DNA of 64,000 bases from Phoronis australis. Lineage: Eukaryota; Animalia; Phoronida. Below are positions 14,007 to 26,322 of the stretch, one piece after another. The notes under the pieces were generated by a model that was given only the letters and a program-made list of their open reading frames with translations, was not told the origin of the DNA and ran no database searches. The position numbers and the translations under genes were made by a program. Position 1 is the first letter of the stretch. Every line of letters begins with the position of its first letter. The stretch is from positions 1,332,545 to 1,396,544 of the forward strand of contig NMRA01000017.1 in NCBI GenBank assembly GCA_002633005.1, read 5' to 3'.

Positions 14007-14022
14007 CATGATGCGAGATCAT
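14007..14022 (-). CDS. Putative first coding exon of the deacetylase gene (MISHH-G)
   Basis: aaaATGATCTCGCATCATG|gtgagt has a consensus donor. The phase-1 join gives the signal-peptide-like MISHHGLSWSVVILGIV. The full model totals 1518 nt = 505 aa + stop. Confidence 0.65.
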
Positions 14023-14111
14023 TTTGTTGCCCACAGGCACGGCCTGCCTGGAGTTGTTTTCCACACTGCGGAATCACGAATAGTTGACGGCTACAGAACA
14101 AATGTAAGGCT

Positions 14112-14118
14112 TTTTATA
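14112..14118 (-). promoter_or_regulatory. Candidate TATA box of the deacetylase gene
   Basis: TATAAAA on the minus strand ~90 bp upstream of the predicted ATG. Confidence 0.4.
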
Positions 14119-14821
14119 ATTTTGTATGAAAAAATAAAAACACCCGCTGTCGTACATGTGAGTCATTTTTCGTAAATTCTTTTTTTCACAGTGTCATTAA
14201 ACTCAAACAAATCAGAAGTGTTTCCACAATGAAGAGACAGCAAAACCAATTCATTGTCCGAATGTTTGTAGATTGGAGACGAAAAAGTATATAAAACAAT
14301 ACTTCACAAGTAGCGCGCGATTATTTATTGATGATATTACACACAAACGCCCGAAGGAAAGGCGCGACAGCTGTCGTTGAAGAAGTAAAAAAGCACCACA
14401 AAACTACGTCACATCATCAAGCTGTACTTTTCATTTCTTAACATTTGGACATTAAATCGTGCTCGGTCAACGATTTTTCTTCCAATTTTTATTCGGTGAT
14501 ATATTTCATTTAAAAGGAGACTAAACCCTGTTTCGATGACTTCAACCAATCCTCGTTCTGTCACGTTAGCGTCAATATTAAAAGATAAAAACAAGAATCA
14601 ACAAAAACTCAAACACCCTGTGACACACATTGCATATTATCATGGTTCTTGGTGGGTGGTCTTTCCCCACAGTTGTACTGTACGTGAAATTCGCTAAAAG
14701 TTTAGTTCACGCTTTCCTGTTTAACAGACTTCGAATGGAGTTTCCAAATTTTCCTGCAAAGTTTTGAAGGTTGTAGAGGGTTAAAAAGCATTATTTTGTT
14801 TCAGGGAGTTGTATGGAAAGC

Positions 14822-15990
14822 CTTTTTTATGCGCCCACATATTTATATGTGGGTGCATATTGCCGTCATCTCTGTCTGGGCGTCCGGGCTTCCGGCGTCC
14901 GCGGCTGTATCTCCTAAGCTCCTTGCAGGATCTTATTGAAATTTGGCAGGTGTGTTCCTATGGGGTTGACGACAGAGGGCGACGAGTTTCGGACCGACCC
15001 GAATACCGCTGTGCCCCCTAGTGGTAATTTTATTTTTTTACCTTTACCGGCCTCTGTATCTTCAAAGGTACTCAACCGATTTTCATGAAATTTGGCACAT
15101 AGGCATCTATTAATGAGGTTACGCTATCCTTTCCTTTTCGGATGGATTCGAGGTATTTTGCGCCATCTAGTGGCCATTTTTAGTATTTTCGAGTCCGTTT
15201 TTTGGCGTCCGCCCCTCTGTCAACCAAACCACTCTAAGGATGATTGCGAAAATTGGCATGCATGTTCTTACTATGAAGAGGACGGTTGACGATGATTTTG
15301 CGACGACTTCGACTACTGTGGCGCCTCCTAGTGGCAGTTTTGTTTGTTTTTGCGCCCATGGCTGTATCTCCTAAACGCTCCGCAGGATCTTTATTAAATG
15401 CTGCAAACGTGTTTATATGAAGTTCACAAAGGACGACGACGACTTTCGGAAAGATCGGACTACAGGTGTGCCCCCTAGTGGCAATTTTAATTGTTTACGT
15501 TTACCTCTGTATCTTCAAAGATCCTTGATGGATTTCCATAAAATTTGGCAGGCGTCTATTAATGAGGTGACGCTATCCTCCCGTTTTAGGATAGATTCGG
15601 GTTATTTTGCGCCACTTAAATGCCATTTTTACTGTTTTCGAGTCTGTTTTTTGACGTCCGTCCCTCCATCAAACCAAACCACTCTAAGGATGGTGAAAAT
15701 TGGCATCTATGTTCTTACTATAAGAAAGACAATTGACTACGTTTTTCCGATGGCTTCGACTACCGTGGCACCTCCTGGTTGCAGTTTTGTTTTTGTTTTT
15801 ATTTTTGTTTTTTCTTTTTGTTTTTGTTTTGCGCCCAGGCTCACCTGTATCTCCTAAGCCCTCTGCATGATCATTATTAACTTTAGCAAGAGTATTTATA
15901 CGAAGTTAACAGCGGAAGACGACTTTCAGACGGGTCCGACTAAAACTACCCCCTAGTGGCAATTTCATTTTTTTGTTTTCCTCTGTTTTA
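14822..15990 (+). mobile_element. Helentron/HINE (DINE-1-like) non-autonomous element with internal tandem array
   Basis: T-tract start, 5' hairpin atgcgcccacata/tatgtgggtgcat, a cgtcc-rich tract, then ~150-160-bp units (ctgtatct..gaaatttggca..ctagtggc). Confidence 0.68.
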
Positions 15991-16094
15991 GGCCATAGTC
16001 CCAGCTCTCCTATCTCTCACCTCCGTGGCCACTTTCTGGGGGCAACGGGAACTTTGCTTTAAACCCATCTACAGATGTTCAAAAGTCAATTTCA

Positions 16095-19000
16095 AAAAAG
16101 TTCCCAAGAATACACTTGCACGTTTAGTAAGAATTTTAATTTAAAAGTTGGAAAAATATAACCTCAACTAATATGTTAGTTACCAAGTTTCAGTGCAAAA
16201 TGATCCGAACAGCCAATCAAATGCCAGGAAAATATTGTGTCCATACCTTTCCCCTTCAAAAGTCGTCTGCTTGGCATGAAAACTTTCGTCAGAGGACAGT
16301 TAGCAAATGTTATCCTGCTGGCTCAGCTAGCTTGTTTACTGCTACTGACTACATTGGATTGTATTAATTCTTGGATGGGTGTGCAAGTAATAGGCAATTA
16401 CCAAGGGCCAAGGCTCGAAACCAGCAGACAGCAGTTAGGAATTGAGGAAAGCCAAACCAAGTGGCCACCAGTGTCATCGTACTGAAACAATTCTTGACAC
16501 ATTCCTGAATCATTTTGTGTTTCGCAAATAACTGTTTTGGGACAGCTAGGACTCTGCTGAAACCATGAATTATTCAACGAGTGTGCGACTTCACAATAGA
16601 CTGGCAAGATGTCTACCCCTTGTTGCATTCATGTGTCAGCTTCTGCTCAAATTTCTGATATTACCTGGTGTAAGGCTACTGCAACCAAACGTATCAAAAC
16701 TGGGTACAAGAGAAGTATCATTGCTGATAAGTTTTAAGTGTTTGTGAAAAAACAAAGCTCTTGTCATGCGTGCATTCAGGGGTGAGGGGTTCGGGGGCTT
16801 GAACGAGCCTCCCCCATTTGGTAAAGTGGGTAAAAAGGTTTGCCTCAAAGAAACAAAAACTACGAAAAAGTAGAAAATGAGACAAAAGTTCACTAAAAAG
16901 GTAGGAACTACCAAAATTCGACGAACGCACAATTCGTAGCTCTGAAGTACCCCGTGAATCTTAATAAATTTCCACATTCTCAAACACTCGAGCCCCCCAT
17001 TTTTAGGCTTACAGTCAAGTGACCTAATTATCGGACGTTTTGGCACATTTTGCATTATATTTAATTGAAAATACTACGGATTGTTGTAAATTCTTTGCTG
17101 AAATAAAGAATTGCCTTTATAGAATTGTTGTGTTACTAGATCTTGTCACCGAAAGCCACATTTATGTTCCGACTGAACTTTAAAAAACACAACAAGCAAA
17201 CCTTCGGAGAACCTAAATATCGGACACCATGTTTCCCCATATGCCACACCGCGGAAAACTGACTAACCACGTAATGGCCGCGGGCACCTTGTAGCCAAAT
17301 TTCAGCTCGAGTGTTTTGCCATATATGCTGCTAGAACACAGGTCCATTCACAACAAAATTATCCATAAAATGAAATCTGATGACGGCGCCAAGTCATTTC
17401 GATGAATTAGTGCAGACGACTAAAGCACGTGCAAACTCACTGCAGTTTTTATTATCACTTTGGCTTCTTGATATGACACCCGCACGTGCGCGGTCGGGGT
17501 TTGACTTGAGTTTAAAAACAAATGAAAAAATGGAACAGTAACATATTGTCAGTTCAATGAGAAAGTTTCATTGTGGAAAAAGATTTTATTTTCAACTTTT
17601 ATAACCGATTTATGCGATCGTCCATTTTAGGCCGACTTTGGGGTCTAAATTGCACCCTCTCTCGGTGAAATCAAAACGAGGCAACGCTGTAAAAAACGAG
17701 ACGGTGCCGGACATTGAATGCATTACAACGGAACAACAATTGGTGTCATTTAATTCTCAGATTATGCTTCAAGTAAGATTTTTTGAAATGTCCGATATTT
17801 AGGTTCCGTCCGATAATTAGGTAGGTGTAGTGTGGGCATGCTTCTATCACAAGCAGTGTTACAGACACTAACGGATGTAACAAAAATTGAAAGAGCTCTT
17901 AAAAAAGAAAAAGACCAAGCTGATGATGGAAATAATGTTGAGCTCACTAGAAAATTAAGGAAATTGTCATTCAGTTACATGTACATTTAACAGTGCTCAA
18001 AGAAATATACTATACATGTCTTGCCACCACAATGAACCACTTGCAACAAATCAGATTTCATCACAGGGGAACTTCACAAACAAAAGAAAAGTTGAAAGGC
18101 TATCCCAGTTCCAAACATTCAATTGTCAATACGCCTACCTATTCTTAATTTGAAAAGGTGTCATTCATGGTAAATAATCTTTAGTTTAGGTCACAGAACA
18201 AAAATTATTTTGCTTGATGAATTTGTAGTAATAGTGGTCTCAATCTCAAATGTATTGGCAGTAGTTTTTATCTACATGTAAGTGATAAGCACTGCTTTTT
18301 ATGAACTTCTAAGCCTATTTTGAGATTTATGTAAAATCATGAGCAGTGTTTGGAATTTGAGAAATATAAAATGGAAATATTGCCTATGTTCTGTAATTTA
18401 TTTATCTTGAAAATTCAAATATTGCGTAGGTTTCAGTATCTCACATTTTGAAGATTCTTGAATTGAGTTTTTAGCAAAGGAAAATTTTTACTCGTCCAAT
18501 TATGTGCTATTTAAAACAGGAAGCGTCAAATGAAATTTTAGCTCTACAGCAAAAAAGATGCTTTTCAATTTCGAACAAAATCTATTACCAAGATGACCAT
18601 TATTCTAGTTTCAAAGGCTGAACTACAGCATTAAAGATGATAAAAATGTTTCTGTGTTTCAAATTGTTTGAAGGCAGCTGCACAGTGCAATCAATGCTAG
18701 TAACGATGATCATTTCTCTTAATGCTTATTTTTGCTGAGCACTTACTAGACAAAATGAAATTTCAGTTGCTGGCCATTGTGTGCTAAAATGAAGATTATT
18801 TTGGTTATCTATTCCAGTTAAATAGGATTACTGTAACAAGGTGTTAAGATGAAACGGTATCCAGGTTGTCAAAACTTTTTTTTATTTTGGGTAGGGTGCA
18901 GGCTTGCAGACATTTTTTTTTAACTTGAACCATTTGTATGCAAGCTGTATGCCGAGACACCAACAGTTAACAAAGCACGCTACCACATATTCGGGTTGAA

Positions 19001-19554
19001 ATCTGTGATCTGCCTCCTCATCATGATTGTTTGCTGTTACATGCTTAAACAGCAAACTACCAGTGTACCATTCACAAACGAGCCTTGCAACAGCATGTCA
19101 TTGCACCATCTCCAGTTGCTAATGGGTGGCTTTTGGACCGGGGTAGTCTGATGCTCCACTGGATGACTCTGCCTTTAGCCCCAGAAAATGCCATGAAAAA
19201 TGTTAATGGCAAGTGTAAAAGAAGTGGTTGTAGTAGAAAAATGTGCTCTTGTTTGGAGTCAGTTCTTTTTGTAGGAGCTCAGAATACAGTAGTATGTTTT
19301 CTGGCCAACAAGAGGCGCTGCCAAAAATGTTACTTTTTCTCTTTTTTGAGCAATTTTCCGCCTAATGTCATAATATTTATCACTTTCCTTGTTCAATAAC
19401 TTCAAATGAACAAAACCCAATCAGATTATCATTCAGTTTTTGTCTAGTGTTGTTGGATTTTGAAGATTGGTTTTCTGTGTCAAATTTTGCAAAAAGTCAG
19501 ATTTTTGAGGTCAAATTTCTAGAAAACGTGCAAGTCAAACCTTGGGAACTTTTT
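16095..19554 (+). mobile_element. Decayed DNA transposon with an Academ-like C-terminal remnant (~18940-19290)
   Basis: Inverted match aaaaagttcccaag.....cttgcacgttt (16095-16125 vs 19524-19554). Internal frames LPPHHDCLLLHA..ANYQ..ALQ..PSPVANGW..LHWMTLPLAPE..KCKRSGC..CSC resemble the XPG-like/Cys-rich tail of Academ-type proteins. Confidence 0.55.
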
Positions 19555-19659
19555 AGATTCTTAAAGTATACTACTTAATGACCTTACAAACACTGGAATT
19601 ATCTTGCCTTCAAAAAGTTGCCACGGAAGTGATTTTCTAAGCTTCCTAGAGTCGAATGG

Positions 19660-20205
19660 ACTATGGCCTATTTCTCCGATGAAGTTCCCTGACGAATTTT
19701 CATTAAATTTGTTGAATAGCTTTCCATTAAAGAACGGAGACATTTTCCGGTTTTTAGACGGATACGACGTATTTTGCTTCATCTAGTGGCCCCTTTTACT
19801 GTTTTCTCAGTCAACCAAACCACTCTTAGGATGATTGTGAAAATTGGCTTATGTATTGTTAGTGTGAAGAGGACGGTTGACAATGATTTTCTGGCTTCAA
19901 TTACTGTGGCGCCTCCTAGTGGCAGTTTTTTTCGCCCTTAGCTGTATCTCCTACGCCCTCTGCTGAATGTTTATTAAATTTAGCTAGTGTATTTATATGA
20001 GGTTGACAACGGAAGACGACAACTTTCAGATGGATCCAATGAATGCTTTGTCCTCTAGTGGCAATTTCATTTTTTCCGTTTTGCTAAAATTTCTTAGCGG
20101 ATTTTCATGAAATGTAGTAAAAACTTTCTGTTAAAAAACGGTGACATTTTCCAGTTTTTTTTGATGGATTCAAAGTATTTTGCATTATCTAGTGGCCATT
20201 TTTAT
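19660..20205 (+). repeat. Second block of the same ~155-bp HINE-like tandem units
   Basis: Shares caaaccactct(a/t)aggatgattg.gaaattggc, ctgtggcgcctcctagtggcagtttt and gctgtatctcct with 15225-15375. Confidence 0.75.
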
Positions 20206-20348
20206 GATACAAATAAACACCCTAGAAGCACGCTGTTTGCAGTGCATTCGTGCAAACTCGACGATTTGAAACGTATCTTGAATGAAACGAATTGGAAATG
20301 CGTTTGGAAAGCTTCCCAAGACGTCAGCAAATATTCATAGTGCCTTAA

Positions 20349-23300
20349 AGGAGAATGCCACCCAAAAACAACCTATTTTGTATCAATTTAGATCGAGTAG
20401 TTCTACTCGATAACGGCACGTTCGGTTGCGTTACCTGACACCTGACGGCAGACGGAGGTGTTGAAATTTTGAAATTATCCAATGACGTCATTGGTTTCAC
20501 ACGCAGTCAGTTCAGCAGTTCACAACACGGGTTACTGGTGTTAGCTTATCGCTTGAATTCATCGTTTAACACCAATAAATCATCAAACTTCTATGTAAAA
20601 CCCTTAAAATACACCGAATTCTTATAAAAACGTGTTGTTTTATTTCGCTGTTACGGATTTATTGGTATTTGGACACACCGTAGCCAGAGTTTGGGGTCTG
20701 TTCGGAGATAATTCGAAGTATTCTTCCGTGAAATACAGACAGAAAAACCTAGATCTGTGTTGTTTAGAATTGTGATTTTTTGAGTTCTAAACACATAAAA
20801 CGCTTGTTATCCCGGCCAGTGGCTCAGAACCCGATCAGACCCGTCGCGGCCGGACTGACTCGTAATCCCGGCCAGTGGCTCGGAACCCGATCAGGCCCGT
20901 CGCGACCGCCGGAACTGGCACGAACATAAATCAGCTTGAGTTGGAAACTAAACCTCCAGTCACTGAAAGACTATAATAGTTAGCCAAATAATGTGCACGT
21001 ACTTATTTATGTGAATTAGCCACGAAACTGAAAAACTACTTACTTGTCGGGGGCCGCGAAGTCGGGTTCCCCTTCCACAGACCGTCAGGGCAAAGGTTGT
21101 ACAGTAACAATGTATTTCTATTTCTAAATAAAGATTCCCCTAACATGTGAATATAGCATATAAAATCGAGTAATTGTTTCACAACAGCTTTCTGTCAGTA
21201 AACACTGAATTAGCATGCGCTTACACGGCCTCGGTGCCCGGTCAATTACCTTTATTGCCGGCATCAAAAGCCGGTAACGCATTGGTTTATTCATTGCTGA
21301 CTTCTCAACATTTGCACTCAAGAATACTGCAAAGGCATTACAATTTGTATCTAATGAGACAGACTTTGTTTCAGTTTTATATAAGCATTGGTTAGGATGA
21401 GAATAATTCCTTTTGAAACAGAACGCAGAATAATAAACGTCTACATGGAAACTCAGTCGCCCGGCGCCAATCCCGACTTAATCAAGAGCTCATCCGACGA
21501 ATACTTCACAGTTGGATCGTTAGGTTTCACAGGCTATCAGTTCGAACGGAATACACTGATCAAGAAATACTAGAGAGGCGCCGTGAACATGCACAGGCAA
21601 CGGAACGTATGGATAGTTCTTTGGTAAGCCTGAATTTGTCAAAGAAATCACTGTCGACGAAATGCCGGCCACAGACACGAGCGGAGATGTTTCACGGCAT
21701 CATACTCGCTATCAACGCCGTACCTTTCATTCTTCACTATCGCGAGGCACTTCCTAAGCATTTCGGACTCTCGGGGAAGTCGAAAAAACGATATATCCGC
21801 TTTCTTCGCAGCTTCATAGTTCGGACAAGCGGGAACGATGCACCGTAATATAGCGGCATTCACTCTGCAGACAAACCACTGACGTCGCTGCGTCGTTTCT
21901 CACCTTCCTCACGGGTTAACGCCACACCTCTCGGCAAGGTGAAGTCGACCGTGTAAGAGGCGATGAGGATATAGACCGATTAAAGGAGAATGCCACCCGA
22001 TTTAATTAGTCTTTTTTGCCGTCTTAATCGGTCTATATCCACATCGCCCCGCATACGGTCGACCTCACCTTGCCAAGAGGTGTCGCGTTGACCTGTGAGG
22101 AAGGTGAGAAACGACGCTAGCGACGTCAGTGGTTCATATGCACATTGAATGCCGCTATGTTGCGGTGCATCGTTCCCGCTTGTCCGAACTAAGCAGCTGC
22201 GAGGAAAGCGGGTATATCGTTTTTTAATTCATCGAGAGTCCGAAATTCTTTGGAAATGGCTCATGGTAGTGAAGAACGAAATGTACGCTGTAAATAGCAA
22301 GTATGATCAGGCCGTGAAACATCTCCGTGTCTGTGGCCTGCAGACGTCGACAGTGCCTGACGAACATGCCGGCTTACCAAATAACTCCATACGTTCCGTT
22401 GTCTGAGCTTGTTCACAGCGCCTCTCTAGTATTTCTTCATCACTGTATTCCTGTTCGAATTGATAGCCTGTAAAACTTAACGATCCACCTGCGAAGTCGG
22501 GACTGATGAGCTCTACGAGCTCTTCCTAAGTCGGGATTGAGAGTTGCTATTTTGGCGTTTATTACTGAGCGTTCTGTTTCAAAATGAATTATTCTCACCC
22601 TAACCAATACTTATACAAAACTGAAGCAAAGTCCGTCTCATTAGAAGCAATTCGTAATGCCCTTGGAGTGTTCGTGAGTGCAAACGATTTGAGAAGCCAG
22701 CAATGAATAAATCACTGCGTTACCGGCTTTAGGTGCAATAAAACTAATTGACGGTACACCGGCCGAGGCCGTGTGAGCTAATGCTAAATTTCGTGTTTGC
22801 TGGCAGAAGCTGTTGTGAAACAACTCGATTTCCATATCACGGACACGTGTTAGGGGAATCTTTAGTACATTTACATTACTCAAGTAATGATTGTCAATGT
22901 ACAACTTCTGCCCTGACGGTGCTGTGGCCAAAACGCGAACATGAATTCGCGGCCCCCGACGAGTAAGTAGATTTGCAGTTTTGTGGCTAATTCACCAACA
23001 TAAACAGGTGCACATTACTTTGGCTCGCCAGTATAGTATTTTCTTGACTTGAAGTTTAGTTTCCAGTGAACTTTGGCTGGTTTATGTTCGTGATGTCTGA
23101 TCATTTTCCGAGCCACTGGCCCGACGGCGGAGTCAATCCGGCCGGCCGCGACGGGCCAGGATAACAAGCGTTTTATGTTTAGAACTAAGGAAATCACTAG
23201 TCTAAACAACACAGATCTAGGTTCTCCTGTCTGTATCTCACGGAAAATAGTTCGAAATTATCTCCGAACAGACCCCAATTTCCTGCTACGGACCTCATTG

Positions 23301-23696
23301 GCCTGCCGAACTCTGTAGGCTACGGTGTGTCCAAATACCAATAAATCCGTAAGAGCTAGTGAAATAAAACAACACATTTTTATAAGAACTCGGTGTATTT
23401 ATAATGGTTTTACATCGAAGTTTGATGATTTATTGGTGTTAAACGATGATTTCAAGCGATAAGCTGACACCAGTAACCCGTGTTGTGAACTGCTGAACAG
23501 ACTGCGTGTGGAACCGATGACGTCATTGGATAATTTCAACACCTCCGTCTGCCGTCAGGTGTCAGGTAACGCAACCGTACGTGTCGTGATGGAGTAGAAC
23601 TACTCGATCTAAATTGATACAAATTAGGTTGTTTTTTGGGTGGCATGCTCCTTTAAGACGGTTAAAAAGACTAATTAAATCGGGTGGCATTCTCCT
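20349..23696 (-). mobile_element. Kolobok-like copy B (outer element, interrupted by copy C)
   Basis: TTAA at 20345-20348 and 23697-23700; aggagaatgccaccc TIRs; THAP remnant CIVPACPN..FFRLPRE..KHLR (21648-21863 minus); last 40 bp displaced to 23657-23696. Confidence 0.88.
21984..23652 (+). mobile_element. Kolobok-like copy C, nested in copy B
   Basis: TTAA TSD at 21980-21983 and 23653-23656; same TIRs; THAP remnant (+) and convergent GYQFEQEYSDEEILER exon (-). Confidence 0.9.
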
Positions 23697-24659
23697 TTAA
23701 ATTTTAAAACTTCTACTGAACACTTTTTTGTTTCGAAATATGGTATGCACGGAAAATTTGTTCAACGAATTTCCCGTGCTAGCCACTTTTTTGAACAAAT
23801 CGAACTGTATAAGTGATACTTATTACTGAGTTTTTTGTTTCCCGCCACGTTATGTCATCAGTGGAAGCCGTTGGTAAGTTGAAAGCAATGGCGGATAGTA
23901 GTGGTTTTGTAAGTTACAAAAGCTTAGAGAGCAAGTGTTATGGAGACAGGTACGGAGATGGGGTTGAAGACGACACTCAGGACCTAGGTGAAACAGATAA
24001 TGAGTTAGACCTCGCCATATCAGCAGACTGCGTGTCTGAGGCCGTACGAACTCTACCCTCTCGCACCGGCGTCATCTGCGAGTGAAGCCGAGTCAGAAGC
24101 TACTCAATCTGTGGACAGTCCTGATATCAAAACCACACACGATTTAATTTTGTAACCACTTTAGTGTCATGCAAAATGTATATGTCTCAAACTGTGAATC
24201 CATAACCGAAAGTTTTACCATATGACGTCCAAGCCCGAGTTGCGAATAGCGGCCATATTGATGCCGTGTGCGTATGTCAGGAATGATCATATCTAATTAT
24301 TGTCATGCTAACTGGGTTTTATTACAGGTAAATGATGCTCGTTTCTGTCTTGCCTGTTCCAAAATTATGAAAGCTTTGTACCGTTGTGATTCGTCGACTA
24401 TTTCTGTCCAGTGCTCTACTCCAGTCTCTCTGTGCAGGCTGCGGTCGTCACCTCAATTTGCCTGGCATCTGCATTCCGTTTTCTACTATTTGGCATTGAC
24501 GTATATGTGTTAAGCATGCATTCCTACAAAAACCTTGAACTAGATTATACTGATTAGAACTTTCTTACTGCAATCACATTCATTATCTGTCACAATTTGA
24601 TGCTGAAGCTGATACTCAATGTGTGCCTGGCAACCACGTTCCCAGCAATGGTACAACAC

Positions 24660-25040
24660 TACTTTTGTCCATCAAATGCACTTACACGTTGGAGATACCT
24701 TTATCAAATCTCCGTTTCTGCGACTAGTCGAAGCACGATTCTTCAAAATTGGCTGAGCATAGCGCGTGGTCCCTGAACTTGGATCGCTTGCTCTACCGTG
24801 TACTGTCATACCCGTGTCCCACGTACGCACCTGTGCCATTTCTGGGCGGTCTTAGGGTCTTTTGGAAACCCCAAAACTGAAATATTATCTGTAAGGTTGC
24901 TATTACTACTTCCACTGCACACGCATCTTTTCATAATACTCGTCTAAAGCAATATTCAACTCTTTTCGAGTTCACGGCTGGTGTAGAACAACAATGGCGG
25001 AGACCGGACTTCCACTGATGACGTCACACAAAATTCACAT
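24660..25040 (+). repeat. Dispersed repeat family with segments also at ~45700-46034 (+), ~49780-50180 (-), ~26499-26890 (-) and ~23820-24070 (+)
   Basis: Shared blocks: cacttacacgttggaga; cctgtg(c/t)catttctg(g/t)gcg.tctt; act(t/g)atgacgtca; terminus ttaaacccttcacac (26499; reverse at 46034); and gtagtg.ttttgtaagttacaaa. Confidence 0.65.
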
Positions 25041-25200
25041 ATTTTAATTATTAAAACTGTGACCCCTGGTAGAGTAGGCATCCAATCACCTTAAATACTT
25101 GATATTATTATTATTATTTTACGCAATGACATAAGGGACACTCGCATTGTCATTCCATAACTTAGTGTGACATTTTGTCTCTCAAATGTATACCAAACCA

Positions 25201-26018
25201 ATAAATATAGATTATTACATAGCGAAGTCGTTATCCCCCGTATTCTAGAGCCCGAGTGGATTTTGGAGAATTATCTCCAGTATCCACGAAGGCTCTAGAT
25301 AAGGGGGATAACGACTGAGAACATGTAATAATCTATTTATACCACATACTGAACGAGAAACATTGCAATGAATCGATCTACCTTTCTCGACTCGCCCCGG
25401 CTTTGTAACTACTTTCTATGTGAGAGGCCCGGGGTCGGAGGTAGTGACCTTTTAAGAAAAGCCGAGCTATTTTTGTCAAATAATGCTTTTACTCAAAACC
25501 AATTGAAAATTTAAACAAAATAGAAATAAAGTGAATCTATAAATTAAGGTTTAGCAACTATTATAGCGGATATCGTGTCATCAGGATCCTTTGGCTTGAG
25601 CACTATACTCAGTTACCAGTGGTAACCTACTTTAGCAGACGACATTTTCCCGGTCGAAGCTTGGCGTGATACAATGTGTAGTAAGTTATAATAGTTTCTA
25701 AACCTTAATTTATAGATTTCTATTTTGTTTAAACTTTCAATTGGCTTTGAGTAGAAGCATTATTTGACAAAAATAGCTCGGCTTTTCTTAAAAGGTCACG
25801 ACCTCCGACCCCGGGTCTCTAACATAGAAAGTAGTTACAAAGCCGAGGCGAGAGAGGTAGACCGACTCATTGCAATGTTTCTCGTTCAGTATGTGGTATA
25901 AGTAGATTATTACTTGTTCTCAGTCGTTATCCCCCTTTTCGTGGATTTTGGAGAATTATCACCCGAGGTCTCTAGATAAAGGGGATAACGACTTCGCCAT
26001 GTAATAATCTATATTTAT
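25201..26018. mobile_element. Foldback/palindromic non-autonomous element with ~360-bp inverted arms
   Basis: Perfect 20-bp terminal IR ataaatatagattattacat/atgtaataatctatatttat. Arms match in reverse through aagaaaagccgagctatttttgtcaaataatgctt to ataaattaaggtttag; ~120-bp spacer. Confidence 0.9.
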
Positions 26019-26239
26019 CCCCGATAAGATTTTTATTTTGTGAAGCGCTCTCGCTAATGTCTGGCGTGAAAGCGCAACAATGCGTCACAAGCCACGTTCA
26101 TACTGGCATCTCAGATTACTTCGAGGCGGGGAAGATTTGCCCTCTACTAGCTTTCAAACTTGATAGAGCTAGACACCTCTTAACTCAAAAATGCATAGCC
26201 AATTTTATTCACAAGCACACACGGTAGTAACATGTACAT

Positions 26240-26322
26240 GTTTGTATGTGTCTAACTTTTATGTATGTATTTATGTATGTACGTAAGTATGTATGTATGT
26301 ATGTATGTATGAATAAATGTAT
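26240..26322. repeat. (TATG)n microsatellite
   Basis: Imperfect tatg/atgt run. Confidence 0.85.

Noticed and set aside
14822-15990. Regularly spaced repeats superficially like a CRISPR array
   Set aside because: The units are ~155-bp diverged tandem repeats without unique spacers; there are no cas genes and the context is eukaryotic.
22500-22530. ctgatgagctc..gagctc resembling a hammerhead core (also at ~55150)
   Set aside because: No GAAA box follows the stem, and it lies in the antisense of the KolX-like exon.
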